Source of the DNA: Candidatus Spongiisociaceae bacterium
GTDB taxonomy: Bacteria; Actinomycetota; Acidimicrobiia; Spongiisociales; Spongiisociaceae
NCBI GenBank assembly: GCA_965243165.1
Contig: OZ251535.1
Coordinates: 1,602,246 to 1,666,245, forward strand
Direction of reading: 5' to 3'
DNA: 64,000 nt
Below are positions 1 through 9,319 of this stretch, piece after piece. The notes beneath the pieces are model-generated. The model was not told the DNA's origin. It saw nothing but the letters and a program-made list of their open reading frames with translations, and did not search any database. The number at the start of each line of letters is the position of its first letter. Within the stretch, counting starts at the first letter, position 1. A program made the translations under genes and the position numbers.

Positions 1-55
1 GGTTGGAAATCGAACTTCGAAACATGATTGCCTGAGGTTCTTGTCCGGGCGGCCT
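1..55 (+). repeat. Partial copy (3' end only) of a ~300-350-bp non-coding repeat element also present at 46928-47225 (+) and 61141-61470 (-)
   Basis: Bases 1-50 (ggttggaaatcgaacttcgaaacatgattgcctgaggttcttgtcc) align to the reverse complement of 61141-61200 and to the 3' end of the 47.2-kb copy (gggttggatt...). The window starts inside the element. Confidence 0.6.
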
Positions 56-200
56 TGGAGGTGCCCGCTGGATGTCCGAACCGCCGGTGTATTGCGGATG
101 CCTGCGCAGATCGGTAGAGTCCGCGGTGATTCTTGTGCGCGTTGCGGCCTCTGCGGCTTCATAGAGCCGGTTCGCTCCGCGTGGAACGGATGTATCAGCC

Positions 201-1436
201 ATGAGGAGGATATCGAAGATGATGAAATACCGATGGTTGCGCCTGTCGTGCTTGGTCGTGTTCGCTTCGCTGGTGTTCGCCGCCTGCGGCGGCGATTCGA
301 GCGACGAGACGACGACCACCGCCGCCGCGCCCACCACCACGACCACCGCCGCGACGACCACGACCGCCGCGACGACCACCACCGAGGCCATGGCCGACGA
401 CATGGACAGCGACATGGCCGACGGCAGCGATATGGACGGCGATATGGCCGACGGCGGCGATACGGCGGGGGACATGGACGAAGTGGACATGGACTACCCA
501 ACCGCTGAATCGCTCGAGGGCTACAAAGCGGTGGCCCGCCCCGCGTCGCAGCGGTGGACGATCGGATACGGCGACGGCTTGTCGGGCATTCCGTTCACCG
601 ACTCGGTTACCGACAGCATCAACGAGGTGGCCGAGGCGATGGGCGTCGACATCGTCTACTGCGACAACGCATACGACCAGGAGAAGACGGTCCAGTGCTC
701 CGAGCTGATCGTGTCCCAGGGCGCCGACGGGGTGATCTTCGCCAACTGGATCGCGGGCACCGAGGAGCTGATCACGGGGATATTCCTCGACGCGGGCCTT
801 GTCTGCGTGGCTTACGACGGCCCCCATGAGGGTTGCAAGGCGTTCGGCCCCGACAACTACGAGGCTTCCGCAGAGGCGGGCCGCTTCTTGGGCCGGTACG
901 CCGTGAACCACGGTTGGGACCCGGCCGAGACCGAGCTGATCGTTCTCTGGACGCCGGGCGTGCAGGTGATGGCGGACCGCCGGGACGGCTCCATCGCCGG
1001 GGTGAAGGAGATCTTCGACATTCCGGATGAGAACATCCACACCGACATCCCGCACGAGACGTTCGAGGACGTCCAGGCCAACGTCACCTCTTGGGTCACC
1101 GCCAATCCCGAAGCCAAGAACGTGCTCTGCTTCGGCCACAGCGACCAGCCGGGCGTGGACTGCGCCGTGGCGTTGGAGGCGGGGGGGTTCCTGGGCCGGG
1201 CGGCGTCGGCCAGCCTGGGCGCCTCCGACGAGGCGCTGGTCGATCTCCGCACCCGGACCGACGAGGAGTCGATCTTCAAGGCCACCATCTCGTACTTCCC
1301 CGAGCGCTACGGCGAATACCTCGTTCCGATAGTGGTCGACATGCTCGAAGGCCGGGAGGGCGATGTTCCGGACAGGATCATCCCGGCGGTGTCGCCGGTT
1401 ACGCGCAACAACGTCATGGAGCTCTACCCCGGCTGA
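201..1436 (+). CDS. Sugar ABC transporter substrate-binding lipoprotein (periplasmic binding protein type I, ribose/monosaccharide family)
   Basis: 411 aa. N-terminal signal peptide with a lipobox (LVFAACGG), followed by a Thr/Ala-rich and Asp/Met-rich low-complexity linker. C-terminal PBP1 fold residues. Directly followed by the ATPase and permease genes. Confidence 0.8.
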   Translation: MRRISKMMKYRWLRLSCLVVFASLVFAACGGDSSDETTTTAAAPTTTTTAATTTTAATTTTEAMADDMDSDMADGSDMDGDMADGGDTAGDMDEVDMDYPTAESLEGYKAVARPASQRWTIGYGDGLSGIPFTDSVTDSINEVAEAMGVDIVYCDNAYDQEKTVQCSELIVSQGADGVIFANWIAGTEELITGIFLDAGLVCVAYDGPHEGCKAFGPDNYEASAEAGRFLGRYAVNHGWDPAETELIVLWTPGVQVMADRRDGSIAGVKEIFDIPDENIHTDIPHETFEDVQANVTSWVTANPEAKNVLCFGHSDQPGVDCAVALEAGGFLGRAASASLGASDEALVDLRTRTDEESIFKATISYFPERYGEYLVPIVVDMLEGREGDVPDRIIPAVSPVTRNNVMELYPG

Positions 1437-1454
1437 TAGGCCGGTCCTGATCAC

Positions 1455-1501
1455 GCCTTCGGAGGCCCGGAACCGCCTGTTCGATTCCGGGCCCCGAAGG
1501 C
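1455..1501 (+). terminator. GC-rich nested stem-loop between the SBP and ATPase genes (possible attenuator or weak terminator; no U-tract)
   Basis: An outer gccttcg...cgaaggc stem encloses a perfect 9-bp stem ggcccggaa/ttccgggcc. Position is intra-operonic, so it may set the SBP:ATPase transcript ratio. Confidence 0.3.
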
Positions 1502-1540
1502 GCGCGGGTGTAATATGCCCGAAATCCCGGTCGAAGGGTT

Positions 1541-2314
1541 ATGACAGACACCAAGCAGCCGTTGCTCACCATGAGGGGTGTGTCCAAGGCGTTCGGCCAC
1601 GTCCAGGCGTTGGTCGACGTCGACCTCGATGTAGAGCCCGGCGAGGTGATGGGCCTGCTGGGCGACAACGGGGCCGGCAAGTCCACTCTCATCAAGATAC
1701 TCTCCGGCGTCTACCGCGCCGACGAGGGGTGGTTCACCCGCGACGGCGCCGCCGCACACATAGCCAGTCCGAGCGACGCCCAAGCCCTGGGCATCGCCAC
1801 CGTCTACCAGGACTTGGCGCTGGTGGAGACGCGGGCGGTGGCCCACAACATCTACCTGGGGCGCGAGCCGCGCCGATGGGGGATGCTCAGCCGACGCAAG
1901 ATGGAAAAGGACGCCCAAGAACTCCTGACGAACCTCAACATAAACCTGCCGTCCGTCAAGGTGGATGTGGAGATTCTGTCCGGCGGGCAGCGGCAGGCGG
2001 TGGCCATCTCGCGGGCCCTTGCCCAGGGCGGGGACATCCTGCTGCTCGACGAACCCACCGCCGCGCTGGGCGTCGAACAGACCGAGCAGGTCCATCAGCT
2101 GGTGGGGAGCATGCGGGACCAGGGCAAATCGATCATCCTCATCACCCACGACCTGAGCGACGTGCTGAAGGTGGCCGACCGGATCGCGGTGCTGCGCCAG
2201 GGCCGACTCTGGGCCGACGTCCGGGCCGCCGACACCGACCTCAACCATATAATCGGCTGGATAACCGGCGCCCTGCCTTCCCAGTTCTCCAAGGCCGAGG
2301 AGGCGGCGGCATGA
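1541..2314 (+). CDS. Sugar ABC transporter ATP-binding protein
   Basis: Walker A GDNGAGKST, ABC signature LSGGQRQ, Walker B ILLLDEP. The upstream long ORF 1363.. is a fused-frame artefact. Confidence 0.9.
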   Translation: MTDTKQPLLTMRGVSKAFGHVQALVDVDLDVEPGEVMGLLGDNGAGKSTLIKILSGVYRADEGWFTRDGAAAHIASPSDAQALGIATVYQDLALVETRAVAHNIYLGREPRRWGMLSRRKMEKDAQELLTNLNINLPSVKVDVEILSGGQRQAVAISRALAQGGDILLLDEPTAALGVEQTEQVHQLVGSMRDQGKSIILITHDLSDVLKVADRIAVLRQGRLWADVRAADTDLNHIIGWITGALPSQFSKAEEAAA

Positions 2315-3300
2315 GCACCAGAACCGCCTATCTCAGAGAGCCGCTCCCCTTGTTGAAGAAGCTGTTCAGCGGCCGGGACTGGACCATCCCCGGCCTGATC
2401 CTGACGCTGGTTGCGCTGATGGTCTACTTCGGCGCCCAGTCGGAGTTCTTCTGGTCGGTCAGCAACTTCCTGAACATCGGGCGGTCGATATCCATCAGGG
2501 GCATCATCGCCATCGGGCTGACCATCGTGCTGATAAGCGGCGGGCTCGACCTGTCGATCGCGGCCGTGGCGGCCGTGGCGGGCATGGTGGCCGCCATGCT
2601 CATAGACACAGGCATGAACGGAATCCCGGCGGGGCTGATCGCCTTGGCCGCCGCCATGGTTCTGGGCGCCGTCAACGGTTCGGTCATCGTCAGGCTCCGC
2701 ATCAACCCGATCATCGCCACCCTCGCCACCCTGCTGCTCTTCCGGGGGATGGCCTACGTGGTGAGCGGCGGCGACAACGTCGTCATCGGGGTGAACACCT
2801 GGTCGTATCTCGGGCGGGGGACCTTCCTGGGAGTGCCCGTCGCCCTGCTGGTCATGCTGGGCATCATGGCCGCCGGCATCCTCTTCATGCGCTACTCGGT
2901 TCTCGGAAACTACCTGTATGCGATCGGCGGCAACTCCGAGGCCTGCCGCAACGTGGGGATGAAGGTCGACCGCATCCGCTTCGGCACCTACATGGCCACC
3001 GCGCTCCTGTCGGGACTCGCCGGCATCATCCTCATGTCCCAGGGAGGCACCGCGCAGCCCGCGGCCCTGAACGGCGCCGAGCTCGACATCTTCACTTCCG
3101 TGCTGCTGGGCGGGGTGGCCCTGACCGGCGGGCGGGGCAGCCTCTTCGGCACCCTGCTCGGCCTGTTCATCGTCGGCGTCATCACCAACGGGTTCATCCT
3201 CATCGGCCTCCAGATCTACTGGCAGGACGTCGCCCGGGGCGTCATCCTGATCCTCGCCGTAGCGCTGGACAGCATCCGCCGCGGCGGCGGCTACCGCTGA
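2311..3300 (+). CDS. Sugar ABC transporter permease (RbsC/BPD-type inner-membrane component)
   Basis: The ATG overlaps the ATPase stop (ATGA coupling). Multi-TM hydrophobic protein typical of ribose-type permeases. Confidence 0.85.
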   Translation: MSTRTAYLREPLPLLKKLFSGRDWTIPGLILTLVALMVYFGAQSEFFWSVSNFLNIGRSISIRGIIAIGLTIVLISGGLDLSIAAVAAVAGMVAAMLIDTGMNGIPAGLIALAAAMVLGAVNGSVIVRLRINPIIATLATLLLFRGMAYVVSGGDNVVIGVNTWSYLGRGTFLGVPVALLVMLGIMAAGILFMRYSVLGNYLYAIGGNSEACRNVGMKVDRIRFGTYMATALLSGLAGIILMSQGGTAQPAALNGAELDIFTSVLLGGVALTGGRGSLFGTLLGLFIVGVITNGFILIGLQIYWQDVARGVILILAVALDSIRRGGGYR

Positions 3301-3453
3301 CTTCGCGGGCGCCGGCCGGCGCCCTTGCGCGCCCTGGCCGCGATACGATTTGACGCGGGTATGAACAACGGGTCAACGGCGGTGATAAGATGGCAGCATC
3401 GCCGGCGGGCGCCGCGCCGAATCCGGCGGGGCGCAGTTTTCACAGGAGGCTCG

Positions 3454-3705
3454 ATGTCCGAACAGGCCCAGCCCGGACCAGGCGGCGGGCGCGCAGAAGC
3501 GAACCCCGACCTCGTCTTCGGCATGGCCGTGGCTAAGGGCGCCTTGGCGGGCATACCTGTGATGCTGGTGTTCCTCAGCATCGCCGTCTGGCTCATAACC
3601 GACCAGAGCGCGGTGGATTCGATCGTCATCGCCCTCCTGCCGGGAGTGCTGTTGGGGGTGTTCGGCGGCGGGTTCCTCGGCGTACTTCGGGGAATGGATC
3701 ACTGA
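3454..3705 (+). CDS. Small hypothetical membrane protein (2 TM)
   Basis: An aggagg RBS 8 nt upstream of the ATG at 3454. High GC3. Two hydrophobic helices. No recognisable family. Confidence 0.45.
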   Translation: MSEQAQPGPGGGRAEANPDLVFGMAVAKGALAGIPVMLVFLSIAVWLITDQSAVDSIVIALLPGVLLGVFGGGFLGVLRGMDH

Positions 3706-3779
3706 GACCGCACAGCAGGCAGGCGCAGCCCGAAAGAATCTTTGCCGATCGGGGGGCTTCCGCCCTCAGGGTATTCGAA

Positions 3780-4115
3780 TCACGAAAAACTGTCGATGGC
3801 GTCCTGCGTCGAGTCGTAGACCGCGATTATCTTGTCGAAGCCGCTTATCTTGAAGACGGCGCTGACCTGTTCGGACAACGCACAGACCGCAAATCTCCGT
3901 CCGGCCCTGTCCAGTTCCTTGGCGGTCAGCAGAGCAATCCGCAGCCCGGCGCTGTTCATGAACTCCACATCCTCCAAATCGAGGATCACATTTTGGTCGT
4001 TTTGGCCGACGGCCTCTTCGAGTTGCTCCTCGAAACCCTCGGCGCGGGCGCTGTCCAAGCGCCCCGAAGCCCTGAGGATCAACGCGCCTTCACGGCGCTC
4101 GGATACTATGGACAT
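3780..4115 (-). CDS. STAS-domain anti-sigma-factor antagonist (SpoIIAA/RsbV-like)
   Basis: Motifs ...LDLEDVEFMNSAGLRIAL... and a C-terminal ...ISGFDKII.. typical of STAS. Start taken at MSIVSE (4115), 2 nt after the HK stop. An alternative start at 4148 is possible. Confidence 0.8.
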   Translation of the reverse strand: MSIVSERREGALILRASGRLDSARAEGFEEQLEEAVGQNDQNVILDLEDVEFMNSAGLRIALLTAKELDRAGRRFAVCALSEQVSAVFKISGFDKIIAVYDSTQDAIDSFS

Positions 4116-4116
4116 C

Positions 4117-6360
4117 TCACACCTCCACTGTTTGTTCGTCCTCCGCAACTTCGTGCTGCGGTTTGGACAGAGGAAGTTCGATGATCATGGCGGTGAACTC
4201 CCCCTCTTCCGACTCTACCCTGATATTTCCGCCGTGCTCGCGGACTATGTCGCTGGTGAGGGCCAGACCGAGGCCGGTCCCCTCGTCGGTGGGTTTGGTG
4301 GTGAAGAAGGGGTTGAAGACCTTGTCGATCACTTCTTGGGGGATGCCGGTGCCGTTGTCCCGCACCACGACCACGGCTTTGTCCTCCTCGCGGCGGGTCT
4401 TGAGCAGCACCTTCGGCATGTACGGCCCATCTTCCTGCGGGGCTTTCTCCATCTCCGCCCGTTTCTTGTCGGTCGCATAGCAGGCGTTGCCCACCAGGTT
4501 GAGGAAGGTTCTCCCCAGGTCCTGGGTGATGGCGTCTATTTCTCCCATCTCCGGGTCGAGGTCCCGTTCGATGGTGAGGTTGAAGTTCGGGTCGGTCGCC
4601 CGGGCGCTGTGGTAGGCGAGCAGGGCGTGCTCGTTGAGCAGCTCGTTGAGGTCTACCCTCCGCCACTCGCCTCCGCCCCGGCCCATCATGAGCATGTCGT
4701 GCACGATGCGGTTGGCGCGCTCGCTGTGGTTGCGGATCCGCTTCAGGTTGTCGGTCAGGTCCTGGGTGATCTCGAGGATGAACTCCTTGGGGTCTTCGTC
4801 ATCCCCGTCACCGCCGCCCGACCCGCCGTTCTGGTCCAGGTCTTCCAGCTCTTCGATCAGCTCTTCGATCAGCTCCTCGGACACCTCCGAGAAGTTCTTG
4901 ATGAAGTTCAGCGGGTTGCGTATCTCGTGCGCCACTCCGGCGGTCACCTGGCCCAGAGCGGCCAGCTTCTCGCGCATGACGATCTGATCCTGGGCGCGCT
5001 GCAGATCCTCGAGCACCACCTCCAGCTGGCTGTTCTTCTCGCCCAGCTCCTCGGCCAGCTGCTCTACCAGGTTGAGCCGCTGCACCTCCAAGGCGTGGCG
5101 GCGGAACACCTCCAAAGCTTGAGCCATCTCGGCCACCTCGTCCTGCCCTTTCACGTCCACCTCTTCTTCCAGATCGCCCTCGGCCATGCGGCGCATCCGG
5201 GCCGACAGCTTGCCGATCCGGCGCACCAGGATGCGGCCCACGAACCCCCAGCTGATCAGCAGGGCCCCGGCGATGCCGACCGCGCTGATCACCAGCAGCA
5301 GGGTGCGTCCGGTGCCGATGGCCTGGGTGGAGGCGGCGTTGGCGGTGTTGGCGTCGACTTCGGCGGCGGTGACCAGCCGGTCCACCTGGCCGATCAGGTT
5401 GAGCGCCAAACCCTGGTTCTGCGCCATCAGAGCCTGCTGCTGGTTGCCCAGCTCCAGCCGCTGAATCAGCAGGTCGAAGCCGTCCCCCTCCTGAGAACCC
5501 ATCTCGAACAGCCGGTTGAAGATGGGTTGGATATCGGCCGTAAGCTCCGATTCGCCGAGGGTCCCCATGCTGATGGCGAGGTGGCCGGCGGCGGATTCGA
5601 AGCCCTCCTGCAGGGGCTCGATGAAGGCCGGGTCCGATACGTTGAAGGCGCTGGACATCTGCTGGGCGGCCACGGTCGCCTCGGACAGCAGCGCCGACAG
5701 GTGGCGGTAGCGGTTGAACTCGGGCGGGGACATATGCAGCTCGCGCGGCGCCGGCGCCGCCCCCAGCTCCCGGTAGCCGGTTATCTGGTAGAAGAGCTGA
5801 TCGTCGATGGCCGGGACCACGATGTTTTCGAGGCGGCTGCGCAGGTCGATCAGTTCCAGCCGCAGGGCTTCTCTCCTGGCGTTCAGATCGAATATCTGGG
5901 GCATGGCCTCCTCGATGGTGTCCAGGTTGGCGAACAGCGTCTGGGAGTTGCTGCGGATGCTCTCGAAGCGTTCTCTGATCAGCCAGTCGCTGAAGCCGCC
6001 TTCGGGGTCGGCCAACTGGCCCATGCCGCCCTCCATGATCTCGATCTGTTCTTCGAAACCCTGCCTCGCCCGGGCTATCTCCAGCGAGACGGAGGTCAGC
6101 TCGGCGGGTGTGCCGGTGCTGGTCAGGCGGGGGGCGGCCGCCGCCAAGGTGCTGGTGTACTCGGCGATGCGGAGCGCCGAGGTCATCTCGGGCAGGCTCA
6201 CCTCGGACACCTGGGTCTGGGCGGAGTCCACCCGGTTGAACGAGATCCAGCCCACCACGCTGGCGGCGATGGTCAGCATCAGGGCGGCGCCGATGCCCAT
6301 GTACATCTGAGTAGAGATGCGGTTGCGGAGAGCCAAAATCCGCTTCACCCGGTCGAGCAC
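4117..6360 (-). CDS. Sensor histidine kinase with a large (~330 aa) periplasmic sensor domain, HAMP, HisKA and HATPase_c
   Basis: 747 aa. A TM helix follows the N terminus and a second TM lies near aa 340. H-box AHEIRNPLNFI. G-boxes DNGTGIP...GTGLGLAL. Contains the in-frame repeat ELIEELIEELEDL. Confidence 0.85.
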   Translation of the reverse strand: MLDRVKRILALRNRISTQMYMGIGAALMLTIAASVVGWISFNRVDSAQTQVSEVSLPEMTSALRIAEYTSTLAAAAPRLTSTGTPAELTSVSLEIARARQGFEEQIEIMEGGMGQLADPEGGFSDWLIRERFESIRSNSQTLFANLDTIEEAMPQIFDLNARREALRLELIDLRSRLENIVVPAIDDQLFYQITGYRELGAAPAPRELHMSPPEFNRYRHLSALLSEATVAAQQMSSAFNVSDPAFIEPLQEGFESAAGHLAISMGTLGESELTADIQPIFNRLFEMGSQEGDGFDLLIQRLELGNQQQALMAQNQGLALNLIGQVDRLVTAAEVDANTANAASTQAIGTGRTLLLVISAVGIAGALLISWGFVGRILVRRIGKLSARMRRMAEGDLEEEVDVKGQDEVAEMAQALEVFRRHALEVQRLNLVEQLAEELGEKNSQLEVVLEDLQRAQDQIVMREKLAALGQVTAGVAHEIRNPLNFIKNFSEVSEELIEELIEELEDLDQNGGSGGGDGDDEDPKEFILEITQDLTDNLKRIRNHSERANRIVHDMLMMGRGGGEWRRVDLNELLNEHALLAYHSARATDPNFNLTIERDLDPEMGEIDAITQDLGRTFLNLVGNACYATDKKRAEMEKAPQEDGPYMPKVLLKTRREEDKAVVVVRDNGTGIPQEVIDKVFNPFFTTKPTDEGTGLGLALTSDIVREHGGNIRVESEEGEFTAMIIELPLSKPQHEVAEDEQTVEV

Positions 6361-6362
6361 GG

Positions 6363-7598
6363 CTATCTCTCCCTCATCCGGTCGGTGGGCTGGTAGCGCC
6401 CGTCGGGGCCTATGACGGTCAGGAACACCCGGTCCGATCCTTGGTTGTCGCCCTCACCGTAGCTGAGCGGGAATTCGTCCAAGGCGAGTTCTTGGGCCGT
6501 CAACAGAGCGTCGAGGAAGCAGGCGCGGGTGAGGCCGGCCCCGCACCCCTCCAGTCCGGCCACCGCCAGCCTGCCCGACAGATAGCCCTCCAGAGACACG
6601 AACCCGGGCTCCGCATCGGGGTCGTAGTCGGACAGCGCCCGCAGGTACGAGTCCACCACCGGCAGCGAATCGTCGGTGGGGAAGGGCACTACTTGGGTTA
6701 CGTACACCCCCTCGCCGTAGCCTCCCAGCTCTTCCAGTGACTGGGCCAAGGCGTTGCTGCCCACGAACGAGATCGTTATGAACACCGGGTCGAAACCGGA
6801 GTGGCGCGCCCAGGCGATCAGCTCCGCCACCGGGCGGTAGGCGCCCACGATGATCACCCCCTCGGGTTCACCCGCCATGAGGTCTATCAGCCCGGTCTTC
6901 ACCGCGGTGGTGTTGCGGGGGTACAACCCGATGGCCGTAGGCCTCATGCTGCGCCGGGTCAGGGCGGCCAGCGCCCCCCCGTAGCCGGCGCGACCGAAGG
7001 AATCGTCCTGGTACATGATGGCGATGCGCTCGATGCCCAGGTCCTCGGTCATGCGGGCGACCATCTCCTCGGTTTCCTGGGCGTAGGAGGCCCGCAGGTT
7101 GACGATGTTCGTCCAGCTGTCGTCGCGCAGGAAGGCGGCGCCGGTGAAAGGCGCCACGAAGGGTGTGTCCGCCTCGGCCGCCACGGGCGTGGCCGAGCGG
7201 GAGGTAGGCGTCCCCACCTCGCCGATCAGGGCGAATACCCGTTCCTCGTTGATCAGCTGCTGGGTGTTGGCGATGGCCGCCTCCGGTTCGTAGCCGTCGT
7301 CCAGGGTCACCAGCTCGAGGCGCCGGCCGTGGACTCCGCCCGACTGGTTGGCTTCGTGGAAGGCGGCCTCGATGCCCAGCCGCATGCCTATGCCGAGTTC
7401 TTGGGCGGGGCCGCTGAAGGCGGCCGACTGACCGAACACCACCCGGTCTTCGAACACCCCCGGCGTGTTCGCCGGCCTGGGGCGGGTGGAGGCGGTCGTG
7501 TCCGCCGCGCCGGCGGCGGCGGTGACGGCGGGGGCGCTGCTGGACGGCCCGCCGTTGCCGGAACCGCATCCAACTGCTAACAAGGCAACGGCCCCCAA
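6363..7598 (-). CDS. Periplasmic solute-binding lipoprotein, Liv/branched-chain-amino-acid (PBP1 type I) family, encoded inside a signalling operon
   Basis: A lipobox LLAVGCGS is followed by an Ala-rich linker and a LivK/J-like fold (RVVFGQSAAFSGP...). The track start at 7598 is a TTG. The gene overlaps the HK start. No ABC permease or ATPase genes are adjacent. Confidence 0.75.
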   Translation of the reverse strand: MGAVALLAVGCGSGNGGPSSSAPAVTAAAGAADTTASTRPRPANTPGVFEDRVVFGQSAAFSGPAQELGIGMRLGIEAAFHEANQSGGVHGRRLELVTLDDGYEPEAAIANTQQLINEERVFALIGEVGTPTSRSATPVAAEADTPFVAPFTGAAFLRDDSWTNIVNLRASYAQETEEMVARMTEDLGIERIAIMYQDDSFGRAGYGGALAALTRRSMRPTAIGLYPRNTTAVKTGLIDLMAGEPEGVIIVGAYRPVAELIAWARHSGFDPVFITISFVGSNALAQSLEELGGYGEGVYVTQVVPFPTDDSLPVVDSYLRALSDYDPDAEPGFVSLEGYLSGRLAVAGLEGCGAGLTRACFLDALLTAQELALDEFPLSYGEGDNQGSDRVFLTVIGPDGRYQPTDRMRER

Positions 7599-7639
7599 TC
7601 CGAGGGCGAAGGGCAGAGCACCTGTCCGGCGGCGGGGCT

Positions 7640-8074
7640 TTATTTGTCCCTCCCGATCTCCAGGGTCAAGTAGTTCCGGTCGGTTTCTCTTCGGTAGCTG
7701 ATCTCGTCCACCATCGTCTTGATCAGGTAGATGCCCAGCCCTCCGATCGGCCGGGACTCCAGCGGGGAGTTCAGATCAGGCAGGGGAGCGTCGGTCAACG
7801 GGTTGAAAGCAGGGCCGTCGTCCGACAGCTCCACAACTACCGATTCCGGTTGAGAATCGATCGTTATCTCATACTCCTCCAATCCGTTTGCCCTCCCATG
7901 TGTAAGAGCATTGACCTCCAGCTCTTCGAGGACCAGATTGACCGTGTATACCAGCTTGGGGGGCCAGCCTTCCTTTTCGCCGAGCATGACTATCTCGGAG
8001 TACACGTGATCCAGCAAGGCGGAGTTGGTGTCTTCCGCCTTGAGATCGATCTTCAGAGAGAGCGAACCCTTCAA
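7640..8074 (-). CDS. Anti-sigma regulatory factor / serine protein kinase (RsbW/SpoIIAB-like GHKL)
   Basis: 144 aa. Motifs ...VNLVLEELEVNALTHG... and ...GGLGIYLIKTMVDE. Overlaps the upstream PP2C gene by 4 nt. Confidence 0.8.
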   Translation of the reverse strand: MKGSLSLKIDLKAEDTNSALLDHVYSEIVMLGEKEGWPPKLVYTVNLVLEELEVNALTHGRANGLEEYEITIDSQPESVVVELSDDGPAFNPLTDAPLPDLNSPLESRPIGGLGIYLIKTMVDEISYRRETDRNYLTLEIGRDK

Positions 8075-9243
8075 TTGCCGTCCTCGCTGTAGAACAAAGT
8101 CAGGCAGGTGATGTCGTCCGACTGCACGGTATCGCCGGCGAAGGCATGCACCGCTTCGAAGATCGCTCGGTTCGCCTCCTTGGAATTCTTGGGGGGTGAT
8201 CCCTTGAATACATCTTGGAAACGGTTCATTCCAAACTCTTCCTGATCGGCGTTCATCGCCTCGGTTACACCGTCGGTGTAGAGTATCAAAGTGTCTCCCG
8301 GCGAGAGGCTTATCGTGCTCTGGGGATAGGAGAGGCCGGGAGCTATGCCCAGCGCCACCCCGCCGATGTAAGGGAGCAAAGTGGAGCTGCCGTCGCTGTG
8401 GACGATGAGGGGCGGGTTGTGTCCGCCGTTGGCGTATGTCAACACGCCGTCATCTGGAGAATAGACCGCGTATATGACGGTCACGAACAGGCCGGCTTCA
8501 TTGTCTTCGTGGAGCAGATTGTTGACATCCTCCATGACCTTGCCGGGTTCTTCGAGTCCGATGGCTGTTCCCTTCAGCAAGGTTCGGCTGGACATCATGA
8601 AGAGGGCAGCCGGCACTCCCTTGTCGGAGACATCAGCTATAGCTATACCAACGCGGCCGTCCTCCAGCTTGAAAAAATCATAGAAGTCACCCCCCACATC
8701 TCGGGCGGGCTCCATGTTGGCCCATATTTCATAGTTGATGTCCTTTGGAAAGCGGGTGGGCAGGATCGACTGCTGCATCTTGTTGGCGACATTCAACTCG
8801 TTTTGGAGAGTGATCAATTTGTCCCTGGAAGCGAGGGCTTCACGCCATTCGATCATGTGCTTCAAGGTGCGGTCGATGGTGTGCCGAAGGTCATCAAAAT
8901 CCAAAGGTTTGGTGACGAAATCGAAGGCACCTCGGTTCATGGCGGTTCTGATGTTCTCCATGTCGCCGTAGGCCGAGATTATTACCGAGCGGATGTTGGG
9001 GTCGACCTTAGGTATCTGTTCGAGCAAGGTCAAACCGTCCATCTGCGGCATGTTTATGTCGGAGAGAACCATATCTATGTCTTGGTAGTAGTTCAGCTTT
9101 TCCAGGGCATCGATGCCGTTGTGGGCAAAGACGAACTCATACTTGCCCCTTCTGATGGAGCGCCTCATACGCTGCAGGATGAGGGGCTCTACATCTGGCT
9201 CATCGTCCACGACCAGTATCTTGTATTTGTCCTTTAGTTCCAC
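8071..9243 (-). CDS. Response-regulator receiver fused to a PP2C/SpoIIE serine phosphatase (RsbU-like)
   Basis: N-terminal REC domain (ILVVDDEPD...DMVLSDINMP...DFVTKP). C-terminal PP2C domain (GGDFYDF...IADVSDKGVPAALFM...TDGVTEA). Noticeably lower GC (~50%) than the neighbouring genes. Confidence 0.85.
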   Translation of the reverse strand: MELKDKYKILVVDDEPDVEPLILQRMRRSIRRGKYEFVFAHNGIDALEKLNYYQDIDMVLSDINMPQMDGLTLLEQIPKVDPNIRSVIISAYGDMENIRTAMNRGAFDFVTKPLDFDDLRHTIDRTLKHMIEWREALASRDKLITLQNELNVANKMQQSILPTRFPKDINYEIWANMEPARDVGGDFYDFFKLEDGRVGIAIADVSDKGVPAALFMMSSRTLLKGTAIGLEEPGKVMEDVNNLLHEDNEAGLFVTVIYAVYSPDDGVLTYANGGHNPPLIVHSDGSSTLLPYIGGVALGIAPGLSYPQSTISLSPGDTLILYTDGVTEAMNADQEEFGMNRFQDVFKGSPPKNSKEANRAIFEAVHAFAGDTVQSDDITCLTLFYSEDGN

Positions 9244-9319
9244 TTTCTAGCTCACACTTCGGTATCGAGGGCTGGTGTTCCTGCTCGGCACAGGATTGAT
9301 CAGGAGTCGACCGGCTCGA

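Noticed and set aside
195-1454. 419-aa minus-strand ORF antisense to the sugar-binding protein gene, and the similar antisense/out-of-frame long ORFs 3832..6396 +, 9354..11246 -, 9359..10693 +, 13647..14675 +, 24108..25052 +, 25965..27176 +, 30622..31674 -, 38523..40445 -, 38615..40495 +, 47612..49918 -, 48067..49755 +, 55567..56148 -, 56584..58218 -, 57977..59398 +, 59704..61119 +, 62908..63897 -
   Set aside because: High-GC DNA yields long stop-free frames on every strand. These ORFs have Arg/Pro/Gly-rich, low-complexity translations with no motifs. Each overlaps a gene with clear family signatures and operon-consistent starts.
3305-3325. Palindrome gggcgccggccggcgccc after the permease gene as a rho-independent terminator
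   Set aside because: Perfect palindrome but with no loop and no downstream U-tract. Could equally be a protein-binding site or chance in GC-rich DNA. Not reported as a feature.
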